64,000 nt of DNA. Origin: Chiloscyllium plagiosum. Taxonomy: Eukaryota. The position numbers were made by a program, and so were the translations under genes. Under the pieces are notes generated by a model. The model saw only the letters and a program-made list of their open reading frames with translations, was not told the origin of the DNA and did no database searches. The DNA is taken from assembly GCF_004010195.1 (NCBI RefSeq), contig NC_057718.1, forward strand, positions 17,872,102 through 17,936,101, given 5' to 3'. Positions 25,202 through 37,903 of this stretch are shown here, piece by piece (positions within the stretch are counted from its first letter, which is position 1; the number at the start of each line of letters is the position of its first letter).

Positions 25202-25498
25202 GATTAGGTTTCTTACAGTATGGAAACAGGCCCTTCGGCCCAACAAGTCCACACCGACCCTCCGAAGAGTAACTCACCCTGACCCATTTCCCCTACCCTA
25301 TATTTACTCCTGACTAATGCACCTAGCACTATAGGCAATTTAACATGGCCAATTCACCTGGCCTGCACATCTTTGGACTGTGGAAGGAAACCAGAGCACC
25401 CAGAGGAAACCCACACAGACACGGGGAGAATGTGCAAACTCCACACAGACAGTTGCCCAAGGTGAGAATCAAACCTGGGTCCCTGGTGCTGTGAGGCC
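25202..25498 (-). mobile_element. HE1-like V-SINE inserted into a short CR1 fragment
   Basis: Antisense V-domain and tail. The flanks GTGAAGAAGGTGTTTGGTATG and ATGCTTGCCTTTAATGGTCAG are contiguous CR1 sequence (compare about 52990-53025). Confidence 0.9.
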
Positions 25499-25521
25499 TT
25501 AGATGCTTGCCTTTAATGGTC

Positions 25522-26970
25522 AGTTCGAAAAGTGTGCCGCTAGAAAAGCACAGCAGGTCAGGCAATATCTGAGGAGTAGGAGAGTTGACGTTTCGGGTAT
25601 AAGCCCTTCATCAGGAATGTGTCAGAGGAAAAAATGGCTGAGGGATAAATAGAATGAGGGGGCTGGGGCTTGGGGGAAGGTAGATGGGAAGGCGAGATGC
25701 GAATGGAGGTGGGGGCAATGGTGATAGGTCAGAGAGGAGGGTGCAGTGGGTAGCTGGGGTGGANNNNNNNNNNNNNNNNNNNNNNNNNNNNNNNNNNNNN
25801 NNNNNNNNNNNNNNNNNNNNNNNNNNNNNNNNNNNNNNNNNNNNNNNNNNNNNNNNNNNNNNNNNNNNNNNNNNNNNNNNNNNNNNNNNNNNNNNNNNNN
25901 NNNNNNNNNNNNNNNNNNNNNNNNNNNNNNNNNNNNNNNNNNNNNNNNNNNNNNNNNNNNNNNNNNNNNNNNNNNNNNGGGGGGGTGGTGGTGATAAGTT
26001 GGAGTGGAGGGTGGGAAGGTGGGAAGGAAGATGGACAGGTAGGACAGTTCAAGAGGGCAGTGCCTAGTTGGAGGGTTGGATCTGAGATGAGGTGAGGGAG
26101 GGGGAGATGAGGAAACTGGTGAAATCGACATTGATGCCATGTGGTTGCAGGGTCCCAAGGTGGAAGATGAGGCATTCTTTCTCCAGGTGTCAGGTGGCGA
26201 GGATTTGGCGGTGAAGGAGTCCCAGGGCTTGCATATCATTGGCAGAGTGGGAGGGGGAGTTGAAGTGGTCAGCCGCAAGGTGTGGGATTGTTAGGTGTAT
26301 GTGTTTGAGAAATATTCTCTGAAACATTCTGCGAGTTGACGTCCTGTCTCCCCAATGTAGAGGAGACCACATTGAGAGCAATGAACACAGTAGATGAGGC
26401 ACTTGGATGTGCAGGAATTTCTGCCAGATGTGGAACAATCTTTTGGGGCCTTGGATGGAGGTGTAGGGAGAGGTGTGGACGCAGGTTTTACACTGCTTGT
26501 GGTGGCAAGGAAAGGTGCCAGGAGTGGAGGGTGGGTTGGTGCGGGGTGTTGACCTAACAGGGAGTTACGGAGGGAATGATCTCTGTGGAATGCTGATAGG
26601 GTTGGGAGGGAAATATATCTCTGGTGGTGGGGTCTGACTGTAGGTGGCGGAAATGGCAGACGATGATGCGCTATCTCTGGAGATTGATGAGGTAGAAGGT
26701 GAGGACCAGGGGAGTTCAATCCTTTTTGGGGTTGGAAAGGTGTGGTTCCTTCCTGTAAAAACATTATCCCTTACATCCAATTCCTCTGCCTCCGCCGTAT
26801 CTGCTCCTGGGAAGTACAATTCCACTCCAGAACATCCCAGATTGCCTTCCAGTTCAAGGACCGCAATTTCCCCTCCTACGTGGTCAACAATGTCCTCCAG
26901 CACATCTTCTCCATTTCCCGCACCTCTACCCTTGAACCCCACCCTCGAACTGCAATTAGGATAGAATTTG
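25522..26970 (-). mobile_element. Neptune-type PLE, 3' ~1.4 kb, with an inverted upstream RT-thumb segment (26748-26970, plus strand)
   Basis: ORF 26291..26764 contains LIYCVHCSQCGLLYIGETGRQLAECFREY; Cys linker FPCHHKQCKTC. Plus-strand ORF 26742..26993 contains KNIIPYIQFLCLRRICS. Hammerhead at 25583-25618. Confidence 0.92.
25764..25978. other. Assembly gap (215 N)
   Basis: Run of N inside the G-rich PLE 3' region. Confidence 1.
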
Positions 26971-27384
26971 TCCTTCTAACAATATGGCTTTAAATGATCA
27001 TTGTATTAAGCTGCATATACATTCTCTCAGTGCTGTTCAAGCATTTGTGGTGAGGAGGGTAGCTGTGTTTACAGGATAAAGTGGAATAGGAATGACAAAA
27101 GGAGGGTCAGTGGATCAAATGAAGGGTGAGGATGGGATCTGTCTGCCCATGGATGGAAGGGTGGATCTCACAGCAGTTTGTACTCTGGGGTGCTTGGGGC
27201 AATGGCAGGCAAGGGACAGTCACGGGGAAGCTCATGTCTGGTGGTGGAGATGGAAGATGTTGCAGGGTGACTGGGTTAACAAGGTGTTCAGGAAGGGATA
27301 GAAAGCGGGGTGGTAGAATTGGTGGCTGATAGGGGGAGAGTCAAATATTCTCTTTCTAACAATGAAAGTACACCTCACCAGCAT

Positions 27385-27862
27385 AAAGTCATACAGCACA
27401 GAAACAGACCCTTCGCTCCAACCAATCCTTGCTGAACATAATCCCAACTATACTAATCCCACCTGTTTGCTCCATCCCCATATCCCTCCAAATGTTTCCT
27501 ATTCCTGCACTTATCCAAAAATCTTTTCAATGTTGTAGTTAAACCCCACCACTTCAGGAAGTTCATTCCACACGTGAACCACCATCTGTGTAAAACATGT
27601 GTCCCTCATGTCTTTTCTAAATCTCTCACCTCTCACCTTAAAGTGTGGCCCTAGTCTTGAAATTCCCCATCCTAGGGAAAAGACAAGTACCACGAACCCT
27701 ATCTATACCTCTCATTATTTTATAAACAACTATAAGATCACCTCTCAACCTCCCATGTATCAGTGAAGGAAGTCCCACCCTATCCAGCCTTTCTTTATAA
27801 CTCAAACCTTCTATACCAGGCAACATCCTGGTAAACCTCTTCTGAGACCTCTCCAGCTTGAT
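27385..27862 (-). mobile_element. CR1 3' end
   Basis: ORFs 27638..27826 (LSYKERLDR...RLRGDLIVVYKIMRG) and 27511..27693. Confidence 0.93.
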
Positions 27863-29064
27863 ATAACTGGGTGACCGGAGTACTCAGAAAAAAAATTCTT
27901 TTGCTTTCAAAGAGGTAACACGCGAAGTGAAAAGAGGATTTTTTTGGTTCAGTGGAATTTAAGCTTAGAATCTTTGGGTGATGAAGGGTGAAACAATGTA
28001 TCATCTAAGGCAATTATTTTGGTCAATAAATACTGATCCAGCCAATGACACCTACATCCCGTGACTAAATATATATATATAAAAGTAATGAATCCAGGAG
28101 GATGGAGAATCATGATTAGCTGGGTTCCATTCCCAATTAATCAACAGAGCTTGAAGCTTATGTATTGCATTCCAACAAGATTAATTTTTTTCTTTTAAAA
28201 GATTCTTGAATAAGAAGCCTCCAAATGGGCCATAATTGAGCAGATGTTAGGATTAATGAGATTTAAATTCCAATACCTGGGACAGTCAGCAGTGTACCTT
28301 ACTCAACCTCACTCAACACAAAAGGCGGATTGGACGGGGGGGGGGAGAGAATGGTGGAGCCAAGGAAGAGGTGCAGGAGTGCGCAGAATGAGGAAAGGGC
28401 AGGGGTTGATGCTGACATGGATCAGGAGATCATTCAGAGACAAAAAAAAACCAGGGAAATAGTCCATCAAGGCAGGCAGGTCAGAATGATCTTATTGTGA
28501 ACAGATTCCAAAGCGATTTAGCTACCTCTATGTTTTTGCTTTTACATTGTGGTCTTTGGACACTAGCTAGCTGTGAGGCTGCAGCTTCCTCTTGGGGACA
28601 TAGATCCTTGATTGAGAACTGTTTGATTTTGCACTATTGTTTTTAATAATGTCTACTTTTTAAACTTCAGTGTGGTGGCACATGCTGAGTAATTGTTTAG
28701 AAGCTTCACATTTGTGGGCCAGTCTAGCCTTTGCACTAATTGTATGCAACAGTACCTCACAACACTATGGACCCCTGCAAGAGTTAGCCCTGAGGGGAAG
28801 AAGGATCATTGGTCTTGTCTCAAAAAATGTGTATGTAGATTAGTGCTGAACGACTCTGAAGTATGGTCCTTCGTTCTCCAATATCCTCACTGCCTTATTA
28901 GCACCATTGCAAATACTGAGCATGCTCAGTGACTGTGCTTCTACTGTCTCGGTGTGAGAAATCCAATCACTGCCCTCCCATTCCCCCACCAAAAATGAAG
29001 TCCTTCACATTTCAGTAGTGCATTACCTATCCCTAATTCTGAGAAAGCTTTCCGTGGTTATGAA

Positions 29065-29366
29065 GATGGTGGCTCAGTGGTTAGCACTGCTGCCTCACAG
29101 CACCAGGTTCCCAGGTTCAATTCCAGCCTCGGGTGACTGCTGTGTGGAGTTTGCACATTCTTCCCGTGTCTGCGTGGGTTTCCTCTGGGTGCTTGGTTTC
29201 CTCCCACAGTCCAAAGATGTGCAGATCAGGTGAATTGGCCATGTTAAATTGCCCATAGTGTTAGGTGCATTAGTCAGAGGGAAATGGGTCTGGGTGGGTT
29301 ACTGTTTGGAGGGTCGGTGTGCACTGGTTGGGCCGAAGAGCATGATTCCACACTGTAGGGAATCTA
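29065..29366 (+). mobile_element. HE1-like V-SINE
   Basis: A-box TGGCTCAGTGG, B-box GGTTCAATTCC, V-domain and tail ACACTGTAGGGAATCTA. Confidence 0.95.
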
Positions 29367-29649
29367 AAAAAAAGATCCAATGAGGGAAGGACCTTACCAT
29401 ACTGCACCCTGCAGAGCTTGGTCACATTTCTCCATTATTGACATAGATCGTCTCTGCTGTGTCCAGGCTCAGTCTCCTTACTCTGACCATATCAGCCAAA
29501 GTCAATGTGACTGAAAACAGTTCATGACCACTGTCTGCAATCCCCAGAGTCTATGTTTTGCTGCTTCATTAGAACAATATTAGAAAATAAAAGGTGTTCC
29601 ATGGAACACCAGAACTACCTTTGACATGGGAAGACACTTGACTCCTGTC

Positions 29650-31000
29650 ACTTTAGACAATCACATTAGCAACTAGCAGCAGAATAACACTACAAAACGT
29701 AACAATGCTGCATGTGGCTGGAGATAAATCTCCTGGAAAGCCTGACTGGAACTCCACCTTGCTTGGGTGCTTGCTGTCACCTCCCTGACTCCTAGATTTG
29801 AAGACGCACCTGCAATGAGGTTGAGATGCCTCATCAATGGGTTGCAGGTTTGAGCATGTATCCACCAGCCACTTTGTTCCCGTGGCTCTGGGTCTCTAAG
29901 GCAGCTGCATCATTTCCAAAAAGAGGACCAATTTCTTGCATTTTGGAGCCACCACAGTGGACAGCACTTGGATGGCCTCATTGATCTTTTACTTTCGTCC
30001 AATGAGGGCATTTGACTTCAATGCCTAATGTTCCCTTGCCTGTCTCTCCATACTGTGTGTACATTTCCCTGCAGGTGTAATGTGTCACTGAGTATAGAGG
30101 TGCATGTGCAGCTTGGGGCTCAGAGGGTGCTTGGTCTCCAGTGGTCGTCTGAGTATCAGAGAGCTTCCTTTGCTGTCTGCAAACCCACGTCTGTGATGTG
30201 CACACCAGATAGTGATACTGCCCCTGCTCCAGATACAGGACTAAGGTGATTGACTCCATGCTGTTTGAGGGTGCAGATGAATGCAAGTTTCCTTCTCTGA
30301 GGTTTTAGAAACATTATCTTCTTCAGTGGTTGTGATGCTGATGTTGCCAAAGAAGGGAGGTGGAGGGGGAAGGGAATGATGGGAAAAGGAAGGGGGGCGG
30401 GGGGGGGGGGGTAGATTATGGTGTTTTGTTCTGGTGGCTGGTGGAGAAGAGAAAGAATTAGTTGCTGAAACTTTGACAGTTCCAAATGTAGACAAACATC
30501 TGACACAGTCTGGACATCTGAGAACAGCAAATTGCAGGTTTTGTCGCTGGCTTCTTGTGACATTTCAGTCTTCAGAGCAGTGGAATGATCACGATTCTCC
30601 TTGGCTAACTCTGCAGATTTTTCCACATGTGGATTAAATGTTCCCTTTCCTCTGGTGCCCCTCTGCTGGTCTCGTTTCACTCTCCTGTTATGGGTGATTG
30701 TGTCCCGCAAACAGAAAGCCAGGGATTGATTATGAGATCTTTCTCTCCATGTCACAGGACACCATGTTGTTAGGCATCAGCCCAGTTATTTTTCACTCAT
30801 ACTCTGTTTTCCAAGACAATGAAATAGTTACTTTCAGGATTTTTTAAAAAAGCTGGTAAATACAATTCCAGACACCCCATTAACCCCTCAAGGAAACCCC
30901 CACCATACCCAATCCCGAACATTCCCATAACCCCACTCCGGGAAAACCTCCACCATTCCAGATCGCAGACATCCCCATAAGCCTCTTCGGGAAAACCCCA
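29650..31000 (-). mobile_element. Possible degraded PIF/Harbinger Myb/SANT-gene remnant
   Basis: ORF 30156..30755 contains ITHNRRVKRDQQRG...PHVEKSAELAKE, reminiscent of the 'AHN.RE...TGGG...E..A.EL' segment that follows Harbinger Myb domains. No TIRs identified. Confidence 0.3.
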
Positions 31001-31589
31001 CTGTACTAAAATGATCTCCTTATTAACATACACAGTAAAGAAACACTAACAAACTTAAAACTGTACATGGTTCTGTCCAGTGTAGAACCCAAAACTTCAA
31101 ATAATAACATCATGAATGTTCATCAAAAATAAAGAAAGATCGCTCTGATTTATTGACATGTGACTTGTGATGTTTAAACCATCATACTTCGAGCTTGATG
31201 AACTGAGAAATCTATCAATTAGTTCTTGCAAATGCCTGGTACAGAAGAGACTCCTGTTCAAACAATACCAGACTGGTTTCTATTGGCTCTCTTGTGCATT
31301 ACATGTCTGCTCAGGTGCAGCTATGAAGTGTTCAAGCATAACTTTAGTTCTTAACTCTAATACATAAACAAAATATCTACAACTATGTATACCGAGTTCA
31401 ATATTTACTACCAAGCCAGGATTCTAACCCTAGGTCTTGCCATATCTGAAGATGCTGATTGGAACCTGATGCTTTTTAAACATTAATTCATACATGCTTA
31501 GATTTATTGCCCATCCTTAATTGCCCAGAGGGCAGTTAAGTGTCAACCACTTTGCTGTGGATCTGGAGTCACATGTAGGCTAGAGCAGG

Positions 31590-31776
31590 GTAAAAACAAT
31601 GACTGCAGATGCTGGAAACCAGATTCTGGATCAGTGGTGCTGGAAGAGCACAGCAATTCAGGCAGCATCCGAGGACAGGCAAAAACCTGATGAAGGGCTT
31701 TTGCCCGAAACGTCGATTTTGCCTGTCCTCGGATGCTGCCTGAATTGCTGTGCTCTTCCAGCACCACTGATCCAGA
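31590..31776 (-). mobile_element. Fold-back mini-PLE with a 17-bp TSD
   Basis: 62-bp inverted arms at 31623-31684 and 31717-31778. TSD ATGTAGGCTAGAGCAGG at 31573-31589 and 31777-31793. Confidence 0.95.
31686..31716 (+). ncRNA. Minimal type-I hammerhead ribozyme (intact core)
   Basis: C CTGATGA A GGGC TTTT GCCC GAAA CG TC^G; predicted cleavage after 31714. Confidence 0.8.
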
Positions 31777-31945
31777 ATGTAGGCTAGAGCAGGTAAGCAT
31801 TGTATATTTTCTTCCCTGAACGACACCAGTGAACCAGTTTTTTTAAAATAACAAATAATAATGGTTACGTATTGCCATCAGATCAGCTTTTTATTGAATT
31901 CAAATTTCACCATTTGCTATGATGAGATTAAAACCAAAGGTTCCA

Positions 31946-32571
31946 TAACAGCACGCTTGCCTTTATTGGTCAGTGTATTGAATATACGAATTGGGAGGTC
32001 ATGTTGCAGCTGTACGGGACATTGCTGAGGCCACTGTTTGAATACTGTGTTCAATTCTGGTCTCCCTGCTTTAGGGAAGATGTTATTTAAAGTTGAAAGG
32101 GCTCAGAAAAGAGTTACAAGGATGTTGCTGGGATTGGAGTGTTTGAACGATAGACAGAGACTGAATAGGCTGAGGAATTTTTCCCTGGAGCTGAGGGGTG
32201 ACCTCAAAGAGGTTTATAAAATCATGAGGGGTGTGGATAGTTGAACAAGCAAGGTATTTTTCCTAGTTTAGGGGAATCCAAAACTAGAGGGCATAGGTTT
32301 AAGGTGAGAGGGAGAAGATTTAAAAGGGACCTAAGTGGTACCTTTTCACACAGAGGGTGATGCGAGTATGGCAATGAGCTGCCAGAGGAAGTGGTGGAGG
32401 ATGGTACAATTAAAGCATTTAAAAGGCATCTGCATGAGTACACGAATTGGAAGGGTTTAGAGGGATATGGGCCAAATGCTGGCATGTGAGTTTAGATCAG
32501 TTTACGAATCTGGCTAGCATGGACAAGTTGGACTGAAGGGTCTGTTTCCATGCAATACAACCCAGTGACTC
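31946..32571 (+). mobile_element. CR1 3' end (about 0.6 kb)
   Basis: ORF 32038..32244 contains KVERAQKRVTRML...LRGDLKEVYKIMRG; 3' UTR follows. Confidence 0.93.
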
Positions 32572-32597
32572 CATTAGCATGGGATTCTGGATTACTA

Positions 32598-32776
32598 TCT
32601 TTGAGGAGAAAGTGAGGTCTGCAGATGCTGGAGATCAGAGCCGGAGATGTGTTGCTGGAAAAGCGCAGCAGGTCAGGCAGCATCCAGGGAACAGGAGAAT
32701 CGACGTTTCGGGCATAAGCCCTTCTTCAGGAAAGGATGCTGCCTGACCTGCTGCGCTTTTCCAGCAACACATCTCC
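32598..32776 (-). mobile_element. Fold-back mini-PLE with a 15-bp TSD
   Basis: 44-bp inverted arms at 32642-32685 and 32734-32777. TSD GATTCTGGATTACTA at 32583-32597 and 32777-32791. Confidence 0.95.
32698..32733 (-). ncRNA. Minimal type-I hammerhead ribozyme (intact core)
   Basis: Minus strand: TTTC CTGAAGA A GGGC TTAT GCCC GAAA CG TC^GATT. Confidence 0.8.
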
Positions 32777-33096
32777 GATTCTGGATTACTAATCCAGTGG
32801 TTTCACTGCTATGCCAACACCTCTCCTGTAGTTAGAGCAATTGCAGTCTTGGACTACCATTCATGCCTCTTAATTTTAGTGGCATAAGAACAAGCAGAAA
32901 CCTTTTCACCGAAGATGCATGTTAATAAAATACAGAAACCCAAAAGAAGTGTAGAGAATAACATAAGATGAAACCGTGAAGCTTTAGAAAGGCAATTAAA
33001 TATGTGCATGTACTCAAGCAAAGCTGGGTGAAATGATCAAGATAGGCATCATAAGCTGAGAGGAATCCAATGGTATTTCAGATCTGATACATTTCT

Positions 33097-33962
33097 ATTG
33101 GTAGAACTGGTGTTTCAGAAACATCGATTTATATAAAAGGGACAATTTATATGTCAATTTACATCTGAAAGAGAGGGAGAGTTTTTTTGATCAATCATTT
33201 TGAGCAGAAAGGGAAAAAAAGCAGAGATCAGGTCATCGAATCTTGAGTCGTTACCAGAATGATTTACATTGTGAAATTTAAAATTATGCAGTGAGTTATT
33301 AATTGTGAATACATTAACAGGTTTTCCTGAAATTCTTCCTTTTTTAAAAAAATGCCACGGGCTTAATCAGAAAAATGGAAAAGAATTTAAGAGAAGTGTT
33401 TCTACTTAAATTGTACAATCAACCTTCAATTTTATCCAAAAAAAACTAGAAGTAATGTATCATATGAAGGTAAGATTACACCACTCATGTTAATCTTTGA
33501 AGGCTGTGTCTCTTTTCAACACAACAGTATGGCCGCAAATTTACTTCTCCCTGCTTGTAAGGAATGTGGTTAAAATGTTTGTCATATATTTTCCATTTCT
33601 AGAGACATTGGAAAGAGGTAGCCATAGACTCGGTTGTCGTCATCGTCATAGTGATAAAAATCCACAGCACTGAAAAAGGCTCATCATCTTAGCGCCGGTC
33701 AAAAATAACCACCTACCTATTCTAATCCCATTTTAAATGTTCTTCTTCTTCTTTCACCTCTACTCTCGTGCTCAGAATATATTAAAATTAATCTATCATC
33801 ACATAGTTATCAGTGATATTTTGAGTTAGAATCATGAAATTCTGACATGTGCCAATAATAAATCAAAATTGGTAGAATTGGTGTTTCAGAACTATTGATT
33901 TATATAAAAGGAACAATTTATATGCCATTTATATCTGTAAGAGAGGGAGAGTCTTTTGATCA
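33097..33962 (+). repeat. Dispersed direct repeat of about 95 bp (33097-33193 and 33868-33962)
   Basis: ATTGGTAGAA[C/T]TGGTGTTTCAGAA...GATTTATATAAAAGG...GAGAGGGAGAGT...TTTTGATCA occurs twice, roughly 85-90% identical by eye. Confidence 0.9.
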
Positions 33963-35684
33963 GATATTCTGCATAAGAGAATTACAAACCTGTGGTACAT
34001 TACCAGCTAATGAAACTCAACTGCTCAATCTTTGGAAATAAGAATGAGAAAAAAAAACAGACAGACCAAATGAGTCAGAAAGATGACCTAGTGATAAAGT
34101 TAAAGAGGATCTACTAACTCTATTACTCCCAAAGTAACTCTGCTCCTCAGTGTACTCAGCAGGGCTGGTGGGAGGCTACTGTTGCCCACATAGGGATCAT
34201 TGAGATGCTCGTGGGCAATGAGTTATGAGTCCTTGAGTCTAGTCGATCTCTGCCTGGACCTTGGATTGCTGTGAGGATAGTCCCATCCAGTTGATGTACT
34301 GGCACACTATCTGTACGGCAGCTATTTGATCTTCCATTGAAGTCTTAATTCGGCCTGCCCAATTCAAATTCAGAGTTAAAAACGGGGCTTTTGAGAACTT
34401 TCTTGTTGACTGGAATATTTTCTTTGTCATTGGTTTGTCCTATGTGATTAAAGTAAGCATTAAACATGACCTGTAAACATAAAATTATGCTCTTTAACAT
34501 AGAGTTTGCACTTGTGAGTGTGTTACAATGGCAGTCCATTCCAACATGGCATCAACTAGGAAGAATATGGGATTGCCAACAATCACAATTGTGACACTGA
34601 AATCCTTCAAAGATAAATGTACTTTCTTATATTAAAAAAAATTCAGCACTGCTTTCTGTCTGTCTTCAATCTGTTGTCAGAACAAGGAAAGTTATGGGCC
34701 AAGTGCTGGAAAGTGGTATTAGTGTCGCTAGGTTGGTGTCGACTCAATGGGCGAAACAACCTTTTCTGTACTGTCTGCCTATAACTCTACATTGCATTGA
34801 TAATACTTTAAATTTAAAGCAAAGATTAAAACTATGAGTCATTCATGGAGCCTTAAGTATTAAGTTCTAATTAGTACAAGAGGTGAATTGTTTCACCCCT
34901 TGGACATTACATAAAATTAAGTTATAGTGGAACTGCAGGATTTTTTTTCCTCAGCTGAAATACATTTGACTGTCAGAAAGTAATGAGAAATGAGAATTTT
35001 TCTTAAAAGCAAAGTTTGAAATCAGTGTGACTGACAGAAATGTATTAAGAGACTGTGCACTGTATAGTACGTATTTTGATACCAGGGCCCCTTGGAGTTC
35101 TGAGCTCTGAACAATTTCATGGTCTGATGTATCAAGTTAAGCATTTTATACTGTATATAAGATACTCTAGTAAGCTTATGTTGAAAAATATTTACTCTCA
35201 AAATGGTATTTTTACAGCAATTTGAACATGGTCCTATGATTGGTTCTCAAATACAAACACAATGGGTTAGGGAATCTCATTTCCTGGTTCACAATTTGAT
35301 TTTGCAGAAGTTAAATTCACAACCTGTTCAAGCCAGGCAGCTTGCAGAATGGTGCAACAAATGCCTCAGCATGATTATAGTGCCTAATCCAATAGGTACT
35401 TCAATATTTTGTCCTCCGTCTTGCTGCTGGCTGGCCTGAGGAACAGGGGTCTGAGAAGCATTGTGGAGATGTCATGTGGTACGGCCATCCCTTCTTAAAG
35501 GCATCTGTCTTGAAGGGAAGCTTCAGTGGAATTTAAAATGATCGAGCGTTGGAGGTAAGGCCAGAAAGAAGGTTCCAGTGTGAGGGCTGGCGTTATGGAT
35601 GCACTGTTGGCAGAGATGTACAGAAAGAGAGCTGCTTTGATTGTGAGGGGGAATCAGAGGGCACTTGCAGACCGTCTTTGGAAG

Positions 35685-36035
35685 GGGTGATGCAGTGGTT
35701 AGCATTGCTGCGTCATAGGGACATGGGTTCAATTCCACCCTCACGTAATTGTCTGTGTGGAGTTTGCACATTCTCCATGTGTGCATGGGTTTCCTCCAGA
35801 TGCTCCAGTTTCTTCCCAAAGCTCAAACATATGCAGGTTAGGTGGATTGGCCATGCTAAATTGCCCATAGAGTCCAGGGAGGTGCAGGCCAGGTGGATTA
35901 GCCGTGGGAAATGCAGGGTCACAAAAATAGGGTGGTTGAGGGGGGGGAATGGGCCTAGTTAGGATCCTCTTTGAAGGGTCAATGTGGACTCGATAGACTG
36001 AATGGCCTTCTTCCACATTTGTAGGGATTTTATGA
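35685..36035 (+). mobile_element. HE1-like V-SINE (older)
   Basis: CAGTGGTTAGCA head, B-box GGGTTCAATTCC, V-domain and tail. Confidence 0.88.
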
Positions 36036-37204
36036 GACTAAGAGCAGGAGGTTTGGGAGATTAGTTAATGGAGTTTGGAGCAGACTTCACGGTCACGGTC
36101 AAGTTATGATATGGTCAAGGTCCTTGAATGCATTCTCTATGTAACATCTACTCCGTGCTTCGGCAAATCTTCTCACTGTTTAGTATCTCTACCACTCATC
36201 CATCGGTAATCATCTTTAATGTGTGAGATAAGACTCTGCCTTACCCTCACAGACCTATCATTGCTGTCAGCTTTGCACCCCAGCTCTCAAAGTCTCCCTT
36301 CACCTTCAGGGACATTACTGTATAAGTAATAACATTCTACCTTCTTTCATGCAGGAAAAGTGGTACACAGTTGAAGGGAGCAGAGTAAAACCTGTAGAAA
36401 ACAAGGACATCTTCTTTTAACTGAGTCATGTGGAGGAACTGTTCTTTGTGTCAACACAGCCTGTGCCACACAGGCTGATGTTCCTCCCTTAACTCCCAGT
36501 TCATGCTCATCTTGTTATTTGGCAACTAGATGAATGAGATGCAAATAAAATGGGGGTCATAGGCATCTTGCTATCTTCTCCACCTCAGACACCATCTCTC
36601 ACATCAACATCTTTTGATTTCTTTTTTTGAGCCACCCAAGTTCACCTGCTAGACACAGCAGCCCAGATGGGAAAGACAGACAGCTTCTGTTCAATAATAA
36701 TGAAGAAGGTCTTATAAGTTGATTTGGCATCCCCAGTCATCACCTCAGATACAGACACTGCAAGCACCAGGGAAGCCAGTACTGTAAAGTGTTTAATCAG
36801 CACATGGTGAGTTTTATGAGCAACGGTAGGTCTGTAGTCAGGCCAGGATGGATCATTCTCCAGCTGCAGACATCAAGCTCTGATGGCTTCTGCTGCCAAG
36901 AACTCAGATGGGGATCTTGATGGAGCAAGGATACAGGCGAGTGCTAATGAGCACGTGTACTGAGTAGCTGGTTTCATTAGTAGCCCTGACAGATCACCTC
37001 CTTCACCACCAACATGGCACAAAGCATTGTCCAGCTCTTTACCGTCTTTGTTCCACAATCCTAGTTGTGCTGCAGATCCAGAGGCAGTACCAAGGCTGTC
37101 TTCAAATCTTTTGCAGCTTTTGGCTCCCAAATCCTTTGCCCTACTCTTCAAAATACAGCTGGAAAGTCCAGGAACTCACTTCAAGACAATTCAAAAATGC
37201 AATC

Positions 37205-37500
37205 CATCAGTCAGGAAAAACTGTCCCCAGTGGTGGGAAGATTGAGAACAAGGGGGCACAGGTTTAAAGCCAAAGAAGCAATAGAGTCATGAGGAGAGAC
37301 TTTTTCACTCAGTGAGAGGTTCAGATCTGGAATGTACTCTCTGAGAACAAGGCATTCAAGAGGGAATTATCTGGGAAGGAATAATATGCAGGGCTATGGG
37401 AAGAAGGCAGAGAAATGGCACAAGGTGCATTGCTCATTCAGGCAGCCAGCACAAAGAAGGGAGGCTGGGTGGCTTCTTCTGCGCTGTCACATCTCTGAAT
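37205..37500 (+). mobile_element. Old CR1 3' end
   Basis: RTRGHRFK in ORF 37065..37292; TTTTTCACTCAG...ATCTGGAAT; 3' UTR. Confidence 0.75.
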
Positions 37501-37903
37501 TTGTGAATCACTCCTTGATGCTTCCAGGCTAGTTGGAATGCCAGTTCTTAAAAATTAACCTGTCAGTGATTACTGGGTTGGACTGATGGTTTTCCTTCTG
37601 TGCTGTATATCCTATATTATGTGGGTGGATGGCCTGCTTTAAGCAATGTCAATGCAGGATCCACCTCACCATCCCCATGTCTGTTGTCTGTAGATTTACG
37701 TCTGTACTTGTTTCCAGGATCAGCAAAATCCAAATGAGTTATCCAGGAATTGTATCAGGTGTTTGGGCTCTATGACATCAGTGTTTGTGAATATTCATTT
37801 TGGAACAGATGGCGAAAAGCTGAAATAGCAATAATCCCAGTAACATGGGGCCAGTGAGAACTCAGCTCCTTGTCTCCTATGGTTAGCTTCAGCCACTGTC
37901 TTG

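Larger units (their letters stand above)
31490..32824 (-). mobile_element. tRNA-derived non-V SINE interrupted by two mini-PLEs and a CR1
   Basis: Pieces 31490-31589, 31794-31945, 32572-32597 and 32792-32824 reassemble into an antisense match to 57118-57450. Confidence 0.75.

Noticed and set aside
25622..26278. Long ORFs spanning 25.6-26.3 kb
   Set aside because: Their length is an artefact of translating through the 215-N gap.
36300..37200. Possible Harbinger transposase remnant
   Set aside because: The resemblance is vague, and I could not identify a DDE motif or TIRs.
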